This document shows positions 57,663 through 64,000 of a stretch of 64,000 nucleotides of DNA, piece by piece. Source of the stretch: Octopus vulgaris (taxonomy: Eukaryota); NCBI GenBank assembly GCA_951406725.2, contig OX597815.1, positions 3,038,001-3,102,000 of the forward strand. The letters run 5' to 3'. The notes beneath the pieces are model-generated. The model did not search any database. It was not told where the DNA came from and worked only from the letters and a program-made list of their open reading frames with translations. The stretch's first letter is position 1. Every line of letters begins with the position of its first letter. The position numbers were made by a program, and so were the translations under genes.

Positions 57663-58202
57663 CGCATATACATATTCTTCACACATTCTAGTTCGGTGAT
57701 ATTTTAAAGAAAGCCTTCTGCCTTCTCACATATCCACACGACAACACAACTCTATACACACACACACACACACTTATATTCCAATCTTTCTTCAAGTTTG
57801 TGACACTGATAGTCTGTTGGGAGTGTGAGTGGACGTTGAGTGAAGGGGGGTGGGGGGGCAGAGTCCGAAAGGCACGTGACATGCCAAAAATATGCCATTT
57901 AGTTTTTCACACTTCAAGACAGAATATTTTTTTCGCTTCGTACTAAACAAGTCTTCATTTACAGAGAGCACCACGTGTTCTAACCATTCCAAGGTCACAT
58001 GTTGAAGGTGTTTAATAAACATACCGTTCGAAGTTCCAATGAATGTGAGTCCCCTTCATCCCTGATGATACTTCCATGTGACCCCTTCAAAAACGTGACG
58101 AAAACTACACCCGAAAGCAGTTGTTTCCCACCCGGCATCCATATAATCCCCAGTAGTCCATATAATATTTTTGGGGTCCATGGCAGTATTTTAAGAGTCC
58201 TT

Positions 58203-58409
58203 TTATTCTTTTACTTGTTTCAGTCATTTGACTGCGGCCATGCTGGAGCACCGTCGTTAGTCGAGAAAATCGACCCTAGGACTTATTCTTTGGAAGCCCG
58301 GTACTTATTCTATCGGTATCTTTTGCCGAACCGCTAACTTACGGGAACGTAAACACACCACCATCGATTGTCAAGCGATGTTGGGGGACAAACAGACACA
58401 CACACACTT

Positions 58410-58440
<31 letters not shown>

Positions 58441-58608
58441 CATATGACGAGTTTCTTTCAGTTTCCGCCTATCAAATCCACTCACAAGGCTTTGGTCGGC
58501 CCGAGGCTATTGTAGAAGACACTTGCTCAATGTATCACACAGTGGGACTGAACCCGGAACCATGTGGTTGGTAAGCAAGCTACTTACTACACAGTCACTC
58601 ATGCGCCT
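58203..58608 (-). mobile_element. tRNA-derived SINE with internal microsatellite
   Basis: Homology to 54428-54838. Confidence 0.88.
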
Positions 58609-58784
58609 ATAAAATGTCTATGAAAAGATTTTGCTTTAAATGTGCAGATTGACCCAAAGCTAGGTTTTCAAGAGGCACTTCAAATTTCTTTTAAAACATT
58701 TTATTACATTTAAATTTCTATCTTACAAACTGAAAAGGGAGCTTGACAAAATTAACTAAATTAGCATAGAATAATGGTTTCATA

Positions 58785-59077
58785 CAGTGGCGGACAGGGT
58801 CTAAAAATATTGGTTGCCAGGAGACTAAGGGGGCCCACCCACAACTACAATGCTATCATTTTTTAAATAATTTTTTTCGTTAAAAGTATTCTTTTGAACT
58901 GGCTTCAAACACAGCCAAGCTGAAATAATGCATTCTTCCAGGAGTGAATAAAAAAAATTCTCAAACTTGGGGGGATGGGCCCCTTAAATACTAAGATGGG
59001 TCCCCATATATGGATTCTAATGGCGCAGGGGCCCACTTGTTATCGGGCAAGCTGGCAACCTGGCCAGTCCGCCACTG
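58785..59077. mobile_element. hAT-type MITE
   Basis: TIR CAGTGGCGGAC/GTCCGCCACTG. Perfect 8-bp TSD GTTTCATA at 58777-58784 and 59078-59085. Confidence 0.9.
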
Positions 59078-60062
59078 GTTTCATATTATTTTTATAATTA
59101 AGGTCTAAACTGTTGATACATGAATGCGAAAGAGATTGTTGAATAAGCGTAAACCTACTTTGGGGCCGCCCTGTATTTATTGCACAAAAAAAAACAAAAC
59201 ACAAACACAAACAAAGCCAAATTTCTTTAAGGTTTTACATAGTTTAACATGTTTCCGACTACTGTTTCAGAATTTTGAAAGAAGTTTCTATGAAAGTAGC
59301 TAATAATCACCAAATGGTTACAGGTGTCCACCAGGTAAAAGCAAAAAGTAATCAAAGGGAGCTATACAGGTAAGAAATGGTTGAAAATCGCTATCCTAAA
59401 GTCTAACTTGTTCCATTTTGGCCAGAAAATTCTTCAGCTTTGATCTACTCAAACTATTCGGTGTTTAAGAACAAGTTTCAGAGATGAAAGGGACCGACAT
59501 AGATGGAGACTTCGAGGGGGTTTATCTTTTTTTTAATACCTTCAACACATGACTTTGAAATGGTTGGAACACGTGGTACCCACTGTAAATGAAGACTTGT
59601 TTAGTACTTCTGACTTAAGCACTCTTACAGGATCAAAATTAATAGACCGTGTGAGAGTACATAAACAACAAATTAAGGATTCATCTGCAGAAATGTTCTG
59701 TGTTTGCAAGCATCTATATATTTGTGCAAATTGAACATTCAAGACATTTCCCTTTTCAAGATGAAAGAAAATGATCAATCACAAAAGACAAAAGCAATTC
59801 TAAATCGAAGACTAAACCGGAAGTGGTCAATGTTACTAGTAAAAACAACTTTCTCTAAACGGATTGCTCCATAACGCGTACATCTGAAAAATATTAATAT
59901 CAGCTGCACTTACACATTCAGTCAATAACTTCGTTCCAAGAGGCTCCTGTTATTTGTTTTCCTAAGGATCTTTGCAATAGTCAATATCTTGTTAGAAAAC
60001 CTTTCAAGTATTGTGAATGTATCAAGTATTTCTTACAAAAACACGGAAAAACACTCACGTAT

Positions 60063-60097
<35 letters not shown>

Positions 60098-60288
60098 ATA
60101 AAAACTTGGAGAAGAGAAATAACGCGTGCGTTCGGTCATATAATAATATGATAAATAAATAAAATATATGCATATATACATACATATATGTACATACTTA
60201 CATCTACATGTATATATACATGCATATATGTACATACTTACATCTACATGTATATATACATGCATATATGTACATGTATATATACATG

Positions 60289-60366
<78 letters not shown>

Positions 60367-60704
60367 TACAGGACACCAAAAATAAACGGAGAACACAACG
60401 AGAGACGAAAACATAAAATCAAACAAGGAAATGGACTTTTTTTAAACAACGAAAAAACAGAGTACAGGACAAACAATACAAGGAAAATTCCCCTTCATCA
60501 GCTGTCCCTGGTTCGGCTCAAAATGTGTTTCGAAGGTAAGGACAGAACACGGCCGAAGCAGTCCTTCCTGCAAAAGGATGCGTGCGCGCGCGTGTGTGGA
60601 GAGAGAGAAAGAGAGAGAGGTGTAAGGTAGATTTACAGGTAAGGAATTTTTAAGTAAACACGCATCTCTGCATCTGTACATGCACACCTGTACATTTACG
60701 CGCA

Positions 60705-61254
60705 TCTATTATGTAAAATCCGTTCTGTCTGTCTGTGTGTCTTCTAGGATCTCGGGCATCCTCCATCCGATTGCGCTCAAATTTGATATGTAGATACTGA
60801 CGGTATCAAGGCGTGAATATGTTTTGAAAAAGTTACAAAAAACCGATTCCAGGTGAGAATGCGATCGATAAAGCCGTTTCTGTCCTGCTTTTCTTCCACC
60901 AACCTGTACATAACTGTACCTTCCATTTTTTGTTGTTTTTGTACTGCTTTAAGGCGCGTTTCTTTCCTGCGAAGCTTACTGTTTAAACCATGTTTGTGTT
61001 CTACCAGTCAACAGCCTTATCATTACTGGTACTCTAAACTCTTCGGTTGCATAATTGTGTGAATAAAATCGTTTTTCTTTGGAATAGAAGGAAAGTCTAT
61101 CTTTATTTCTTCTTTTGCTGGTGTCTCAAATTTAGGTTAAATCAGTGTTTATCAAAGGAGAGGCCTATGGGACGGTCGACAAGTTGTTTTGAGAAAATCT
61201 GGTTTAAATGTTTGACAACTCAGCACCGTCCATTGGACGGGGGGCGTTTTGCTC
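60705..61254 (+). mobile_element. Non-autonomous Helitron
   Basis: A|TCTATTAT start, (CTGT)n near the 5' end, 3' hairpin CCGTCCA-T-TGGACGG, terminus CTCG|T (CTAG variant). Confidence 0.7.
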
Positions 61255-61476
61255 GTATATATATATATATACACACACACATGCGTATATGTGCGTATTC
61301 ATATACGTACACACACACACACACACACACGTATATATGCATACATATACATGTATACTTACATATAAGCATGTAATACATGTATATGTATATATATTCT
61401 GCTATGTATACACAAACCCCGTAGACAGACACACATATAAGAAATTACAAGTACTCATACGTATATATGTGAATGC

Positions 61477-61535
<59 letters not shown>

Positions 61536-61603
61536 CGCACACCTCTTGCCTTTTCACATTCGAAGAACTCTTTCGATGAAAGCCATTACTATCATTATTA
61601 TTA

Positions 61604-61818
61604 AGGTGGCGAGCTGGCAGAAACGTTAGCACGCCGAGCAAAATGCTTATCGATATTTCGTCCGTCTTCACATTCCGAGTTCAAATTCCACCGAGGTCGA
61701 TTTTGTCTGTCATCCTTTTGGGGTCGATAAATTAAGTACCAGTTGAGCACTGGGGTCGATGTGATCGACTATCCCCTTCCCCCTATAAATTTTCGGCCTT
61801 GTGCCTATCATAGAAAGG
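61604..61818 (+). mobile_element. SINE (GGCGAGCTGGCAGAA family)
   Basis: GGCGAGCTGGCAGAAACGTTAGCACGCCG..GAGTTCAAATTCC..GGGGTCGATAAATTAAGTACCAGTT. Confidence 0.8.
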
Positions 61819-62783
61819 ATTATTATTCTTTTACTTCTCAGGGCTTTGCATTTTACTTGCTCTGCTTGATTCTGTAAGAGCGAACAGCAGCCTGTTACCA
61901 GAGGTCTCACAGAGTCACTTTCTGCAAATTATAAGCTTTGATACTTGGATGTTAACCGTGGAAGATACTCAACATTCAATCACCAATCACAAAATCCTAG
62001 CTGTCCCCAATAGAGCAGTTTGATGGTGGGGCACTCGTCAATTCCAATTTTTCTAACATATTTTTCGAACCTCGTTGTTAGTGTTCTGAATTATTATTAT
62101 TATTATTATCATTATTATTATACTTCACCTTCAATTCCTAATCTAGAATTTCCCTCAACAGATCGTGGTAAAATGGTAAAAGCAGAGGTTTCAGGCATTG
62201 ATTGAGGTTTTAATGTGAGAACTCGAGATTCCTCTTCCTGAACATTCCAAGAACCTTTTGAACTTTCTTAAAGATATTAAAAAAAAAGCAACAACAAAGA
62301 AAAAAAGGAGGGGGGCATCCAAGATCTGTCTTCGACCAGAAGACTACCGAAAGAGGAAAATAACAATTACCATCATCGTTATTTTTATTAATGTATTATC
62401 ATCATCCTCATTATATCATTATTATTATTATCATTATTATCATTATTATTATTATTATTATTATTATTCGTAGATGAAATAAAATGCGAATCAAAGTGGA
62501 AAGAAAAGTGGGGAGGTCGTCTTTGAGGTTTTTGATTCGTGAGAAAATGTAATTTGACGGAAAGAGGACCATTATATATTTATTGGGATACTTCTTCAGA
62601 AGTCGAAGAAAAAAACATGTCGGCTTAAATCTCAGTGTAATGATAGACGTTGATGAGGGAGTTATTATTGTTAGATATGGGGAAACTAGACAGCGGAATA
62701 TACACAAATATAAACGTATAAATAATATATATATATATACAGAATATGTGAATGTGCGTGTTAGAATGAGTGTCTCTGTTTGC

Positions 62784-62818
<35 letters not shown>

Positions 62819-64000
62819 CTTTGGATATTGAGAAAGCATATATATATATATATATATACATATATATATAAGCGAGAGGGAGATGCACTACATGCAAGGC
62901 TGAATCATTCAGTGGTCGTGATGAAAAGTTGATTCCGTCAACCGATTCCGTCAAAGAATTTCTGTCCGGAAAATAATTGGGGAAATCCTTTCCAAAGTTT
63001 CGCGTTGGTCTTGCTGCAATCCCGCCACACTTACATCACACCACGCTGACTACACTTACATTACACTGCACCACACCCACACACACACACACACACGCCT
63101 CTGTAATTACTAATACCACTTATAATCACCATTATCTGCAATTCGCCATTTTCATTCTTGTATTCCTTTACTTTTAACGTTTTTCTTGGCAAATTTGTTT
63201 TTCTTTTGCTCTTAACTTTCCAATATTTCCGGAATTAGATAACTTAAATGAGCGCCCCCCTCTTGCCCACCTGTCCATTCAACAATCTACCTGTCGGTCT
63301 ATCATGTCATCAACGTAGGGGTCTGTTGATGCATCCACCCATCCATACATCTACTAATCTATGAATTGATCCATGAGGTGATCCACCAATCGACGAGTCT
63401 GCTGATCGATCTACCAGCCTGTGTGTAACAATTTATCTACCAATTCAGCATCATACCAGTTCACCAATAGATATCTCAATTGATTCATTCATAGACCTGT
63501 CGATCACTCAAGCCATCGATCGATACAAGCACCAGTCTGTGTGTCTGTCGAAACTAAATCTTTAGTCATTTTGAATCAAAATTTCTGAAGTATTGATTAT
63601 TATGTTATCGATTTCAAATCAATGATGATGGCAATGTGTTAGGGGATGGGAAGTGTCTCGTCAAACAAACAAACACGAGTGTATGACTGGTATTTGAGTC
63701 CAGAAGGACAATAAACCAAGTGAACACTACTACTATCACCACCAGAGTCATGGCTCTCCATTAACTTCTTTAAAGAATATGAAACATCAATGTCATAACT
63801 TTCATCTTTATAATAATAATGGTAACAAGAATAATGATAATAATGGTAATGATAAATAACGGTAATAATAATAATAATTGTAATAATAATAATGGTAATA
63901 ATAATAATAATGGTAATAATAATAATGGTAATAATAATAGTTTCAAACTTTGGCACTGGGCCAGCAATTTCGGGGGAGGAGACTAGTCGATTACATCGAC

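Noticed and set aside
59395-59445. Minus-strand CTGAAGA-ATTTT..AAAAT-GGAAC
   Set aside because: The core is altered and stem I does not pair in register.

Overview
This is a repeat-saturated animal genomic window, most likely from an octopus (inferred from the SINE/LINE repertoire and the huge TA-rich microsatellites, not from a search). The only host coding sequence I recognise is the terminal exon of holocarboxylase synthetase / biotin-protein ligase (12010-12181, +). Almost all ORF-track entries are microsatellite read-throughs. The window holds five CR1-group LINE relics, RTE LINE 3' fragments, three SINE families, a solo LTR, a decayed mariner transposase, non-autonomous Helitron/Helentron elements, piggyBac- and hAT-type MITEs, and a ~13 kb alternating purine-pyrimidine satellite with higher-order structure. 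The main signal is about ten hammerhead-ribozyme (HHR) motifs, found by eye in several unrelated short non-coding elements that mostly sit in or beside (TA)n tracts. They occur as outward-facing inverted repeats, as a 505-bp-period direct repeat, or singly, which matches non-autonomous Penelope-like/retrozyme elements. The best example is a perfect 134-bp palindrome encoding a near-canonical type I HHR on each strand (43136-43269). A CR1-like LINE and an abundant SINE also share a 3' tail with a co-varying stem-loop. All structures were folded by eye and coordinates may be off by a few bases.
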